From positions 1-24,000 of the forward strand of contig JAJZTS010000027.1 in the NCBI GenBank assembly GCA_021848725.1: a stretch of DNA of 24,000 nucleotides, read 5' to 3'. Below are positions 1 to 9,094 of the stretch, one piece after another. The DNA comes from Pseudomonadota bacterium. Its GTDB lineage: Bacteria; Pseudomonadota; Gammaproteobacteria; Burkholderiales; Thiobacillaceae. A program made the translations under genes and the position numbers. Below the pieces are notes generated by a model. The model saw only the letters and a program-made list of their open reading frames with translations. It was not told the origin of the DNA and did no database searches. Within the stretch, counting starts at the first letter, position 1. Every line of letters begins with the position of its first letter.

Positions 1-1538
1 TCGACCCGTTGGGCAATGGCTTGGCTGGCGGCATCCTGCTCCCGGCGTATGCGGTCTATATTGTGGATTAGGTTTGTGACGTTGGCTACTGCGCCGTTGA
101 TTTCAGCGATCGCCTGGCCTGCTTGTATGGCCATTTCCACCCCTTGAGCGACTTCTTGACTGCCTTGCTCGATCGCGGTGACGGCTTTCCCGGTCTCGTT
201 CTGGATGGTTTCGATGGTGGTGGATATCTCCGCCGTGGCCTTGGTGGTGCGTTCGGCCAGCTTGCGCACCTCGTCGGCCACCACCGCGAAGCCGCGGCCT
301 TGTTCGCCGGCGCGGGCCGCCTCGATCGCGGCGTTCAAGGCGAGCAGGTTGGTTTGGTCGGCAATGTCCTTGATCACGTTGACGATGCGGCCGATTTCGT
401 CCGAGTGCTGGCCTAGGGCCAGGACGACGTCCGATGAGCGGCTGACCGACTCCGAGATGGCTTGAATGCCGGCGGCGGCTTTGTTGACCACTTCTTCGCC
501 GTGCCGTGCGAGTTGGCTAGCCTGGTCGGCCACCAAGACCATGCTTTCGATGTTCTCGCCGACATGGGCCACGGTGGTCGAGAGGTTATGCGCAGCCTCG
601 GCCGTGTCGTTGGCGACTGACTCCTGTCGGGTCGAAGCCTCGGCCACGGCGCTGCTGTCTTCGGCCGTACTGGTGGCCGACTGGCTAACCTCCTCTGCCG
701 AACGGCGAATCTCGCCGATCAGGCCGGAAAACTCCTCGCTCATTCGGTTGAACGCTATCGCGACGCGGGATAGTTCGTCCTTGCCTACGACATTGGCCAT
801 CCCGGTCAGGTCGCCTTTGGCTAGCCGGCCGGCGGCCTGCTCCAAGCCCAAAGCGCAGCGGACGATGCTATGGCGGATTGCCAGGCTCAAGAAGATGGAC
901 AGAATAAGGCCCGCGGCCATGGTGGTAATGGCGGCACCGAGCAAGGCGGCGGACAATTTGGCGATCTTGTCGCGCGAGGATTGGGCGGCTTGGAGTTGGA
1001 AATTGATTAAGGCGTCGGTATCGTTCGATACAGCGGCGAAGGTCGGATTGATGACGCTCTTGTAATGCTGATCCGCGCCTTGCCAGTCCTCCGCGCTATA
1101 CAGGTCGCGCAACTTCATCAAGCCCTCTTGGCCGAATTTGATCCGTGAGGCCGAGTATTTATCGAACAAGGCCTTTTCTTCCGCCGACATGTCGCGCTGA
1201 CCGTAGGCATAGACCATCTCTCCGATGCTGCGGATCTCTTTGTCGATTTCGTCGAATTTTTCTTGTGCCAAGAACGCGTCGGCGCCCATGCGGGCCTCCA
1301 GCGCCAAATTGCGAATGCGCATCTGCTTGTGGCGAACCAATTGCATATCGTTGATTGCACTGACGTTCTTGTCGTAAATGCTGGAGATCGCTTGGGTGGC
1401 TTGGCGGATGCCCCAAATGCCGGTCAAGCCGGTGGCCAGCATCATGATGGAAAGAAACAGGGTTAAGCCCAGTAGGCGGGTGCCGATGGTGTAGCGGTTC
1501 AAAAAATGAACAAGTTTTGCCAGTGGGAGTTGTGGCAT
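1..1538 (-). CDS. methyl-accepting chemotaxis protein (3' end runs off the left edge of the window)
   Basis: The reverse complement of ~237-400 translates to [56 protein letters not shown], the invariant MCP signalling-hairpin motif. Upstream in the same frame are a HAMP-like segment ([34 protein letters not shown]) and two hydrophobic segments ([21 protein letters not shown]; [23 protein letters not shown]). The frame stays open to base 1, so it is absent from the start-to-stop ORF track. Start assigned to the ATG preceded by GGAG (tGGAGaacacgATG). The exact start is uncertain by a few nt because it sits beside an A/T homopolymer that I cannot count reliably by eye. Confidence 0.88.
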   Translation of the reverse strand, partial: MPQLPLAKLVHFLNRYTIGTRLLGLTLFLSIMMLATGLTGIWGIRQATQAISSIYDKNVSAINDMQLVRHKQMRIRNLALEARMGADAFLAQEKFDEIDKEIRSIGEMVYAYGQRDMSAEEKALFDKYSASRIKFGQEGLMKLRDLYSAEDWQGADQHYKSVINPTFAAVSNDTDALINFQLQAAQSSRDKIAKLSAALLGAAITTMAAGLILSIFLSLAIRHSIVRCALGLEQAAGRLAKGDLTGMANVVGKDELSRVAIAFNRMSEEFSGLIGEIRRSAEEVSQSATSTAEDSSAVAEASTRQESVANDTAEAAHNLSTTVAHVGENIESMVLVADQASQLARHGEEVVNKAAAGIQAISESVSRSSDVVLALGQHSDEIGRIVNVIKDIADQTNLLALNAAIEAARAGEQGRGFAVVADEVRKLAERTTKATAEISTTIETIQNETGKAVTAIEQGSQEVAQGVEMAIQAGQAIAEINGAVANVTNLIHNIDRIRREQDAASQAIAQRV

Positions 1539-1630
1539 CGTGTTCTCCATCCAGTCCAGAGTTGCATTATTAGTGGCCAGACCCAAAGAAAGATTGGATA
1601 TTCCCCTCTTAAGGTCAGTCCATAAGTTAT

Positions 1631-1648
1631 GGGCACAAAGTGTGCCAC
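1631..1648. promoter_or_regulatory. palindromic sigma54-type -24/-12 element in the divergent MCP/fleS intergenic region
   Basis: The plus strand reads GGGCAC-AAAGT-GTGC and the minus strand reads TGGCAC-ACTTT-GTGC, against the consensus TGGCAC-N5-TTGC. The core GGCACAAAGTGTGCC is a perfect 6+3+6 palindrome. It lies about 45 nt upstream of the fleS ATG (1690) and about 90 nt upstream of the MCP start. Which direction it drives is undetermined. Confidence 0.4.
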
Positions 1649-1689
1649 TGCTTTGATACTATGCGGTAACTTATTTTTTTAGCCATGGC

Positions 1690-2532
1690 ATGTCTGTCCC
1701 AGTCGAGGAAGTCCCGCCGGATGAACTAAGAGAGGCCTTCGCCCTGTTCAGCGAGACCTCGACCAAGTTGTCCGAGGCCTATCAGGAGTTGCAAAACCAA
1801 GTCGCGCGCCTGTCGGCCGAATTGGCGACCGCCAACGGCGAGTTGGCACGGCGCGAACGCTTGTCGGCCCTGGGCGAAATGGCCGCGCAATTGGCCCATC
1901 AGCTACGGACGCCTTTGGCGGCGGCGCTGCTTTACGTCGGACATTTGGCGCGCCCCGGTCTGGCGGAGGCCGATCGCCTGCGCTTCGCCGAGAAGACGCT
2001 GTCGCGCCTGCGTTATCTGGAACGGCTTGTGCAGGACATGCTGTCCTTCGTCAGGGGTCAACAAGGTGCGCCAGGTGCCGTGGCGGTACAGGGCCTACTG
2101 GATGAGTTGGAACAGGTCATGGAGCCGCAGGCGACTTTACAGGGGGTGGCTTTGCATATGGCCAGCGAGCCGGAGCCCCTGGTGGTTTGGGCCGATCGCC
2201 CCGCCATATTGGGCGCGCTGATCAATCTCATGGAGAACGCCTTGCAGGCCAGCCCGCCCGGCAGCGTGATTCGTTTGGAGGTGAGCAGCCACGGTAGCCC
2301 CTTCGTGGCTTTTCGGGTCGAAGATCAGGGGGCCGGCATTGCCGAAGACATCAAGACCCGCTTATTCGAGCCCTTCTTCACGACGCGCGGCGAGGGGAGC
2401 GGCCTAGGTCTGGCCATCGTGAAGCAGACGGCAGAGGCCTACGGTGGTTGGGTCGAGGTGGAGTCCGAACCGGGCAAGGGGAGCTTGTTCACCCTCTTTC
2501 TGCCGCTGCAAAAAGGGGGCGGGGCGGCATGA
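1690..2532 (+). CDS. fleS: two-component sensor histidine kinase, FleS/FlrB-like (short, cytoplasmic)
   Basis: H-box LSALGEMAAQLAHQLRTPL. ATPase motifs NLMENALQA, DQGAGI and GSGLGLAIV. No TM segment. Sits directly upstream of a sigma54-dependent response regulator and fliE-I, as in Pseudomonas fleSR and Vibrio flrBC. Confidence 0.85.
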   Translation: MSVPVEEVPPDELREAFALFSETSTKLSEAYQELQNQVARLSAELATANGELARRERLSALGEMAAQLAHQLRTPLAAALLYVGHLARPGLAEADRLRFAEKTLSRLRYLERLVQDMLSFVRGQQGAPGAVAVQGLLDELEQVMEPQATLQGVALHMASEPEPLVVWADRPAILGALINLMENALQASPPGSVIRLEVSSHGSPFVAFRVEDQGAGIAEDIKTRLFEPFFTTRGEGSGLGLAIVKQTAEAYGGWVEVESEPGKGSLFTLFLPLQKGGGAA

Positions 2533-3848
2533 GTGCCGGGCAACCTGGAATTCTCGTGGTCGAGGACGACGCCGCCTTGCTCGAGGCCTTGGTCGATACC
2601 TTGAGCCTGGCCGGCTACCGCGTCGATTCGGCCGTCAGCGCCGAGGCGGCGCTGACGGCATTGCGCCGCGAGTTGCCTGGCTTGGTGCTATCCGACGTGC
2701 AGATGCCGGGCATGGATGGCCATGCCCTGCTGCGTTCGATCAAGGCGGTCAGCCCCGGCCTGCCGGTGGTGCTGATGACGGCCTACGGTCAAATCGACAA
2801 GGCGGTCGAGGCCATGCGCGACGGTGCCTCGGACTATCTACCCAAACCGTTCGAACCGGATCGCCTGCTGGCTGTGGTGGCTAGGCATCTGCGCTTCAGC
2901 CAGGATGCCGCTGCCAGCGCCTTGATCGCGGAAGACCCGGCCAGCAAGGCGGTGCTGGATCTGGCAAGGCGAGTGGCGGCGACCGACGCCACCGTGTTGC
3001 TGACGGGGGAGTCGGGGGTCGGCAAGGAGGTCTATGCCCGGTTCTTGCATCAGCATTCCAGCCGGGCCAAGGGCCCTTTCGTCGCGGTCAATTGCGCGGC
3101 CATCCCGGAGAATTTGCTGGAGGCCACTTTGTTTGGCTACGAAAAGGGTGCGTTCACCGGTGCGGCCAGCAGCCAGCCGGGCAAGTTCGAGCAGGCCCAG
3201 GGCAGCACAATCCTGCTTGATGAAGTCACCGAGGTGCCTCTGCATTTGCAGGCCAAACTGTTGCGGGTATTGCAGGAACGGGAGGCCGAGCGGGTCGGTG
3301 GCCGTAGTCCGATCCACCTGGATGTGCGGGTGATAGCGGCCAGCAACCGGGATTTGGGCGAGGCTGTGCGCCAGGGACGCTTCCGCGACGATTTGTACTA
3401 CCGGCTCAACGTCTTCCCGCTGGAGATCCCGCCGTTGCGGAACCGGCCGAAAGACATCTTGCCTCTGGCACGGCATTTCTTGGCGCGTTTTGCTAGCTCT
3501 GTCGGTAAATACGAAATGCGGTTCAATGCGGCGGCTGAGGCTGAATTGACGCGCTATGACTGGCCCGGTAACATCCGAGAGCTAGGTAATGTCGTGCAAA
3601 GGGCCATGATATTGGCGCTTGGCGTCGAGATCGCCCCCGAGCACCTGATGCTGCCTCGGGCACCGGCCAAAGCCGAGGTTGGGGTGGAGGGCAAGGCGAT
3701 CAAGGACGTCGAGCGAGACATGATTTTGCAGACCCTGGAACGTTGCGGCGGTTCGCGCAAGCAGGCGGCCGAGGAACTCGGTATCAGTGAGCGGACTCTA
3801 CGCTATAAGCTGCAACGCTACAGAGCCGAAGGCGACGAGATCGTTTAG
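2529..3848 (+). CDS. fleR: sigma54-dependent response regulator, FleR/FlrC-like
   Basis: Receiver domain (ILVVEDD, LVLSDVQMPGMDG), AAA+ domain (Walker A GESGVGKE, sigma54-contact motif GAFTGA) and C-terminal Fis-type HTH (AAEELGISERTLRYKL). The track ORF starts at 2448. I moved the start to ATG 2529, which overlaps the fleS stop as ATGA. Confidence 0.92.
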   Translation: MSAGQPGILVVEDDAALLEALVDTLSLAGYRVDSAVSAEAALTALRRELPGLVLSDVQMPGMDGHALLRSIKAVSPGLPVVLMTAYGQIDKAVEAMRDGASDYLPKPFEPDRLLAVVARHLRFSQDAAASALIAEDPASKAVLDLARRVAATDATVLLTGESGVGKEVYARFLHQHSSRAKGPFVAVNCAAIPENLLEATLFGYEKGAFTGAASSQPGKFEQAQGSTILLDEVTEVPLHLQAKLLRVLQEREAERVGGRSPIHLDVRVIAASNRDLGEAVRQGRFRDDLYYRLNVFPLEIPPLRNRPKDILPLARHFLARFASSVGKYEMRFNAAAEAELTRYDWPGNIRELGNVVQRAMILALGVEIAPEHLMLPRAPAKAEVGVEGKAIKDVERDMILQTLERCGGSRKQAAEELGISERTLRYKLQRYRAEGDEIV

Positions 3849-3911
3849 CGCGAAAGCGCTGGATGGAACTGAGGGTGACCTCCTATAATGGGCGTTGATG
3901 GAGGTGGAGCG

Positions 3912-4232
3912 ATGAACAATCCGGGCATCGAGCAAATGGTCAGCCAACTGCGGGCAGTCGCCGCTCAGGCCGGCCAACCATCCGCACCGGCCGCGGCTGA
4001 GGGCGCAGGGCAGGATTTCGGCGCTCTGCTCAAGGCGGCCCTGGATCAGGTCAATACTGCCCAGCAGGATGCCAAGCAACTTGGCCAGCAATTCGAGCTG
4101 GGCGACCCGAATACCAACCTTCAAGATGTCGTGCTTTCCCTCCAGAAGGCCAGCGTTTCTTTCCAGACCATGGTTCAGGTGCGCAATAAACTGGTTTCCG
4201 CCTACCAGGAAATCATGAACATGCAGGTTTGA
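3912..4232 (+). CDS. fliE: flagellar hook-basal body complex protein FliE
   Basis: 106 aa with the C-terminal segment LQDVVLSLQKASVSFQTMVQVRNKLVSAYQEIMNMQV typical of FliE. Located just upstream of fliF. Start moved from 3888 to ATG 3912, which is preceded by GGAGGTGGAG. Confidence 0.88.
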   Translation: MNNPGIEQMVSQLRAVAAQAGQPSAPAAAEGAGQDFGALLKAALDQVNTAQQDAKQLGQQFELGDPNTNLQDVVLSLQKASVSFQTMVQVRNKLVSAYQEIMNMQV

Positions 4233-4238
4233 TAAGGC

Positions 4239-5861
4239 ATGGCCGATACGCCGGAGCAATCATTCGCCAGCATTGCCCAGCGCTTCAACGAGCTTCCCAA
4301 CACCCGAAAATTCGCTGTTCTGGTCAGTTTGGCGGCTGCTGTTGCGCTGGTAGTGGGGCTTTTCATGTGGGCGCGCACGCCCGATTACCGGGTCCTGTTC
4401 TCGAACTTGTCCGAGCGGGACGGTGGCGCGGTGGTTACCGCCTTGCAGCAGATGAACGTACCCTACAAGATGGCCGAAGGCAGCGGCGCGATCCTGGTGC
4501 CGTCCGAGCAGGTCTACGACCTGCGCTTTCGTTTGGCCTCGCAGGGCCTGCCACGCGGTGGCGCGATTGGCTTCGAGCTGATGGACAATGCCAAGATCGG
4601 CATGACCCAGTTCCAAGAGCAGGTCACCTACCAGCGGGCCTTGGAGGGCGAGTTGGCGCGCACCATCCAGGCGCTGTCGCCGGTCGAATCGGCACGGGTG
4701 CATTTGGCGATTCCCAAACCTTCCGTTTTTATTCGCGACAAACAAGAGCCCTCTGCTTCGGTCTTCGTCAACCTCTACTCCGGTCGGGCGCTCGATGTGT
4801 CCCAGGTCAATTCCATCGTCCATCTGGTCTCCAGCAGCGTACCGGAATTGACACCCGACCATGTCACGGTGGTGGACCAAGCCGGCCGTTTGTTGACCGG
4901 TAAAAACGACGCAGGCAGCCTGCACGGCCTGAATGCCAGCCAGCTCGATTACCTGCAGGAGGTCGAGGCTTACTACGCCAAGCGGGTCGAGTCTATCGTG
5001 TCGCCCATCGTCGGCGATGGCAATGTCCGGGCGGAGGTGCGGGCCGATCTGGATTTCTCGGAGAGTGAGTCGACGAGCGAGACCTACAAGCCCAATCCGG
5101 GAGCGGAACAGCAGACCGTGCGTAGCCACCAGTCGGTTCTGGATATCAATGGTGGCGGCAGTCAAGCCACAGGCATCCCCGGTGCCCTGTCCAATCAGCC
5201 GCCCGGCCCGGCCACTGCGCCGTTGACCGCCCAGGCTGGGGCTGCAACGGGTACGACTGCGGCAGCCAGCCAAACCAGTAGCGGTTCGCGGCGGGAAGAA
5301 AACACCATCAACTACGAGGTCGATCGCACGATCCGCCATACCAAGGAATCCTTAGGCCGGGTCAAGCGACTTTCCGTCGCGGTCGTGGTGAACTATCGCC
5401 AACAGCCTGGCCAAGCGGCCAAGCCCTTGGCGCCGGATGAGATGCAGCAGGTCACCAACCTGGTACGCGAGGCGATGGGCTTCAACCAAGAACGCGGCGA
5501 TACCGTCAACGTCGTCAATACGGCCTTTACCGAGACCAAGGTGGAGCCGGCCGATATCCCGTTGTGGAAAGACCCGAGCAATGTGGCCTTCGCGAAGGAA
5601 ACGCTGAAGAATCTGCTGGTGATCGGCCTGGCCTTCTACCTGGTGTTCGGTGTCTTGCGCCCCTTGCTCAAGGATTGGTTGAAAGCGAAACCCGTGGAGA
5701 TCGAAAAAAACACCGAGGATCTTCTGGCTGCCTTCGATGCCAAATTGGCCAAGAAGGAGCTAACGGGCTACGATGCACATCTATCGTCGGTGCGTGATTT
5801 CGCTAAGCAGAATCCCAAGGCGGCGGCCGACATCATTAAAGAGTGGATGTCCAAGGAATGA
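4239..5861 (+). CDS. fliF: flagellar MS-ring protein FliF
   Basis: 540 aa. N-terminal TM segment (FAVLVSLAAAVALVVGLFMW), a periplasmic ring-building region (LFSNLSERDGGAVVTALQQMNVPYK...) and a C-terminal TM segment (LLVIGLAFYLVFGVL). Lies between fliE and fliG. Confidence 0.93.
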   Translation: MADTPEQSFASIAQRFNELPNTRKFAVLVSLAAAVALVVGLFMWARTPDYRVLFSNLSERDGGAVVTALQQMNVPYKMAEGSGAILVPSEQVYDLRFRLASQGLPRGGAIGFELMDNAKIGMTQFQEQVTYQRALEGELARTIQALSPVESARVHLAIPKPSVFIRDKQEPSASVFVNLYSGRALDVSQVNSIVHLVSSSVPELTPDHVTVVDQAGRLLTGKNDAGSLHGLNASQLDYLQEVEAYYAKRVESIVSPIVGDGNVRAEVRADLDFSESESTSETYKPNPGAEQQTVRSHQSVLDINGGGSQATGIPGALSNQPPGPATAPLTAQAGAATGTTAAASQTSSGSRREENTINYEVDRTIRHTKESLGRVKRLSVAVVVNYRQQPGQAAKPLAPDEMQQVTNLVREAMGFNQERGDTVNVVNTAFTETKVEPADIPLWKDPSNVAFAKETLKNLLVIGLAFYLVFGVLRPLLKDWLKAKPVEIEKNTEDLLAAFDAKLAKKELTGYDAHLSSVRDFAKQNPKAAADIIKEWMSKE

Positions 5862-6856
5862 GCGACGAGGGCCTACATCGCAGCGCTATCCTGATGCTGA
5901 GCCTCGGCCACGATGAGGCCTCGGAGGTGTTTAGGCATCTTGGGCCGCGCGATGTGCAAAAACTCGGCACGCATATGGCTAAGCTGGAAAACGTTGGCCG
6001 TGAGGAGATCGAGAAGGTTCTAGAGGATTTCCGCATGGACACGGTGGGCCGGGTCAGCCTGGCCGACTCCGACGAATACCTGCGCACCGTGTTGCGCAAG
6101 GCGCTCGGTGACGACAAAGCGAACAGCGTCATCGAGCGCATCCTGCAGGGCCAAGACAATACCGGTATCGAGGGCCTGAAGTGGATGGATGCGGCCTCGG
6201 TGGCGGAGATGATCCGCAACGAGCACCCGCAGATCATCGCGACGATTCTGGTCCACCTGGACCGCGACCATGCCAGCGAGGTGATGCAGTTCTTCGTCGA
6301 GCGTTTGCGCAACGATGTGATGATGCGCATCGCCACGCTCGAGGGCGTGCAGCCTTCCGCTTTGCGCGAACTCAACGATGTGCTGGCGCAACTGCTCTCC
6401 GGCAGTGATCGGACCAAGAAGAGCTCGGTCGGCGGCGTGCAGGCGGCGGCCGATATTCTCAACTACATGGCCGGTACCCAGGAGGCCTCGGTGCTGGCCA
6501 GCATCCGCGAGCAAGACCCGGAATTGGCCCAGGCCATCCAAGACAAGATGTTCACCTTCGACAACCTGATGGATCTGGACGACCGCTCGATCCAGTTGCT
6601 GTTGCGCGAGGTGCAGTCGGAAAGTTTGATCGTCGCGCTCAAGGGCACCAATCAAGATCTCAAAGAGAAGATCTTCAAGAACATGTCGAGCCGTGCCTCC
6701 GAGGCGCTCAAGGAAGACTTGGAGGCCAAGGGCCCGGTGCGGCTATCCGAGGTCGAGGCGGAGCAAAAGGAAATCCTCAAGATCGTGCGGCGTTTGGCCG
6801 ACGAAGGCCAGATCGTGCTCGGCGGCAAGGGCGGCGAAGAAAGCCTGATCGAGTAA
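5858..6856 (+). CDS. fliG: flagellar motor switch protein FliG
   Basis: MSDEGLHRSAILMLSLGHDEASEVFRHLGPRDVQKLG... through ...EQKEILKIVRRLADEGQIVL is typical FliG. Start moved to ATG 5858, which overlaps the fliF stop as ATGA. Confidence 0.93.
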   Translation: MSDEGLHRSAILMLSLGHDEASEVFRHLGPRDVQKLGTHMAKLENVGREEIEKVLEDFRMDTVGRVSLADSDEYLRTVLRKALGDDKANSVIERILQGQDNTGIEGLKWMDAASVAEMIRNEHPQIIATILVHLDRDHASEVMQFFVERLRNDVMMRIATLEGVQPSALRELNDVLAQLLSGSDRTKKSSVGGVQAAADILNYMAGTQEASVLASIREQDPELAQAIQDKMFTFDNLMDLDDRSIQLLLREVQSESLIVALKGTNQDLKEKIFKNMSSRASEALKEDLEAKGPVRLSEVEAEQKEILKIVRRLADEGQIVLGGKGGEESLIE

Positions 6857-6865
6857 GGCCGAGCC

Positions 6866-7510
6866 ATGTCCTCCCGCATCATTTCCAAAGAAGAGCTCAC
6901 CGCTTACCAGCGCTGGGAATTGGGCGTCTTTGAACAAGAACGGCAAGGTGCAGGTGCGAAACATCAAGCCGAGGCCGAGCCGGAAGAGGTGCGCCTGCCG
7001 ACGGCAGAGGATGTCGAACGCATCCACCAAGACGCTTGGCAGGAAGGCTATCAATTGGGGCAGGCGGAAGGGCGTCAGCTCGGCGAGGCATTCAGCCGAC
7101 AAGCCGGAGCGCTATTCCAGGCGCTGGCGCAAGAAAAGCTGCAACAAGACCAGGTGTTGGCCGAAGAGGTGCTGCAGCTGGCCATCGCCATCGCGCAGCA
7201 AGTGGTGGGCACGGCGCTGCAACTCAACCCGCAGCTGATGCTGAAGACCGTGCAGCTGGCCTTGGCGCAGTTACCGACCTTGAGCGGCCACCCGAAACTG
7301 GTCGTGCATCCGACCGATGCCGCCATCGTCAAGGATTGGCTGACGCATGAGCATGGTCACCTGAATTGGCGGGTCGTCGAGGACGATTCGATGGGGCCGG
7401 GTGGTTTTCGCATCGAGAGCGGGCAAGGCGAGCTGGAGTCGAGTCTGCCAACGCGGTGGCAGGAAACCGTGGCCGCGTTGGGCGTCAATCCAGAATGGCT
7501 GAAGAAATAG
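6866..7510 (+). CDS. fliH: flagellar assembly protein FliH
   Basis: 214 aa with a Glu/Gln/Ala-rich N-terminal half. Located between fliG and fliI. The sequence signature is weaker, so the call rests largely on synteny. Confidence 0.8.
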   Translation: MSSRIISKEELTAYQRWELGVFEQERQGAGAKHQAEAEPEEVRLPTAEDVERIHQDAWQEGYQLGQAEGRQLGEAFSRQAGALFQALAQEKLQQDQVLAEEVLQLAIAIAQQVVGTALQLNPQLMLKTVQLALAQLPTLSGHPKLVVHPTDAAIVKDWLTHEHGHLNWRVVEDDSMGPGGFRIESGQGELESSLPTRWQETVAALGVNPEWLKK

Positions 7511-8919
7511 CCCGCGGCGACGCGCTCAAGGCCTATCTGCGCAATTGCCGCGATGCCGTGACGCACGCCGAACAATGGCGAATCAGCGGCAGGCTGACGC
7601 GCGTGGCGGGTCTGGTGATGGAAGCGGTCGGGCTCAAGCTCGCCACCGGTGTTAGCTGCCGGGTGTCCATGCCTGGCGGGGCACAGGTCGAAGCTGAAGT
7701 GGTGGGATTTTCGGGCGAGCGCCTGTTTTTGATGCCGACCACCGAGGTCTATGGCCTGATGCCCGGCGCGATCGTGGAGCCGTTTACCGGCGGGCGTATC
7801 GATCCGCCCCAGCTGTACCTTCCCTATCATCCCCGTAACCGTGGCGAAGACCGCATCCGTCAGGTGGTCGTCGGCCCAGAACTGCTGGGCCGAGTGATCG
7901 ACGGTGCCGGCCGGCCTTTGGATCGGCTGGGGCCGATTACCGCCAACCGGCTGGGGCCGCTGTATAGCCGGCCATTCAATCCGATGGAGCGGGAACCCAT
8001 CCGCGAGGTGTTGGATGTCGGCGTGCGCGCGATCAATGCGCTGCTGACGGTTGGCCGCGGTCAGCGTATGGGCTTGTTTGCCGGCAGCGGCGTCGGTAAA
8101 TCCATGCTGCTTGGCATGATGGCACGTTATACCTCGGCCGATGTCGTCGTGGTCGGCCTGATCGGCGAGCGCGGTCGCGAGGTCAAGGAATTCATCGAGA
8201 ACATCTTGGCCGAAGAAGGGTTGCGGCGCGCCGTCGTCGTCGCCTCGCCGGCCGACTCGCCGCCGTTGCTGCGCTTGCATGGTGCGGCCTATGCGACCGC
8301 GGTCGCAGAATACTTCCGCGACCAGGGTCAGCATGTGCTGCTGATCATGGATTCGCTCACCCGTTATGCCCAGGCCCAGCGCGAGATTGCGCTCGCGGTG
8401 GGTGAGCCGCCGGCGACCAAGGGCTATCCGCCCTCGGTGTTCGCCAAGCTGCCGCAATTGGTCGAACGGGCCGGCAACAGCCACGATGGCAGTGGCTCCA
8501 TCACCGCGTTCTATACGGTACTGACCGAAGGCGACGACCAGCAGGACCCCATTGCCGATGCGGCTCGCGCCATCCTTGACGGCCATATCGTGTTGTCGCG
8601 GCAATTGGCCGACCAAGGCCACTATCCGGCGATCGACATCGAGGCCTCGATCTCGCGGGTCGCCACCGAATTGCTAAGCCGTAACGAACTGGAAACGGTG
8701 CGTCGCTTCAAGAGCCTCTATGCCCGCTATCAGCGCAGTCGCGACCTGATTACCATCGGCGCCTACACGCGCGGCAACGATACGCAGTTGGACGAAGCGA
8801 TCGCGCGTTATCCGAAGATGGAGGCCTTCCTCGCCCAGGACTTTCTGGACAAGGAAGACTATGCGGCCAGCCGCCTCCAGTTGGATGGGCTGTTCAACAA
8901 CCTGAACTTGGCGGTTTGA
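7495..8919 (+). CDS. fliI: flagellum-specific ATPase FliI
   Basis: Walker A GSGVGKS and Walker [12 protein letters not shown], with F1/T3SS-ATPase-like sequence throughout. The track ORF starts at 7366. Start moved to ATG 7495 ([15 protein letters not shown]), giving a 16-nt overlap with the fliH end. Confidence 0.93.
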   Translation: MAEEIARGDALKAYLRNCRDAVTHAEQWRISGRLTRVAGLVMEAVGLKLATGVSCRVSMPGGAQVEAEVVGFSGERLFLMPTTEVYGLMPGAIVEPFTGGRIDPPQLYLPYHPRNRGEDRIRQVVVGPELLGRVIDGAGRPLDRLGPITANRLGPLYSRPFNPMEREPIREVLDVGVRAINALLTVGRGQRMGLFAGSGVGKSMLLGMMARYTSADVVVVGLIGERGREVKEFIENILAEEGLRRAVVVASPADSPPLLRLHGAAYATAVAEYFRDQGQHVLLIMDSLTRYAQAQREIALAVGEPPATKGYPPSVFAKLPQLVERAGNSHDGSGSITAFYTVLTEGDDQQDPIADAARAILDGHIVLSRQLADQGHYPAIDIEASISRVATELLSRNELETVRRFKSLYARYQRSRDLITIGAYTRGNDTQLDEAIARYPKMEAFLAQDFLDKEDYAASRLQLDGLFNNLNLAV

Positions 8920-9051
8920 CTACTGCTTCTGGTGCGCGTTCTTGGACAGGCGATACCAGAGGAACAGCCCCATCGCGATCATGAATCCCAGGGTGAACAA
9001 GGCCAGCAGGCCGATATCGGTGGTGAACAGCTCCTTCATCACGGCATCCAT
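8920..9051 (-). CDS. 43-aa single-TM small membrane protein (possibly DUF3149-like), trailing the cco cluster
   Basis: Hand translation, codon by codon: MDAVMKELFTTDIGLLALFTLGFMIAMGLFLWYRLSKNAHQKQ*. The ATG at 9051 is preceded by AAGGAG with a 7-nt spacer. It lies 43 nt downstream of the ccoH stop on the same strand. It is below the size cut-off of the ORF track. The family assignment is from memory only. Confidence 0.55.
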   Translation of the reverse strand: MDAVMKELFTTDIGLLALFTLGFMIAMGLFLWYRLSKNAHQKQ

Positions 9052-9094
9052 ATCCCAGTCTCCTTATATGGGTTGATACACACACCTGCTACGC

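Noticed and set aside
1500-1570. Apparent frame problem or homopolymer slip at the MCP 5' end, next to the run of A's near 1502-1507
   Set aside because: My by-eye count of the homopolymer is not reliable to within 1 nt. With one reading, the RBS-preceded ATG is in frame with the MCP body, which is the parsimonious interpretation. I therefore do not claim a frameshift or phase variation. It needs a machine translation check.
1626-1656. Sigma28 (FliA)-like promoter for the MCP gene: TCAAAG ... GCCCATAA on the minus strand
   Set aside because: The -10 matches GCCGATAA at 7 of 8 positions, but the spacing from the -35-like CAAAG is 2 nt longer than the consensus TAAA-N15-GCCGATAA, and the -35 is imperfect. 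It also overlaps the sigma54-like palindrome. I kept it only as a note.
3884-3889. Perfect TATAAT hexamer 23 nt upstream of the fliE ATG, and a small CGC-GAAA-GCG hairpin just after the fleR stop (3847-3860)
   Set aside because: There is no acceptable -35 (GGATGG at the 17-nt position) and no extended -10 TG. The hairpin has only a 5-bp stem and no U-run. I found no sigma54 -24/-12 match upstream of fliE either, so read-through from fleSR is the simplest reading.
7357-8622. 421-aa minus-strand ORF lying entirely inside fliI
   Set aside because: It is antisense to a gene with unmistakable Walker motifs. Its translation is Arg/Gly/Ala/His-rich with no recognisable domain. Long open antisense frames are expected in DNA this GC-rich.
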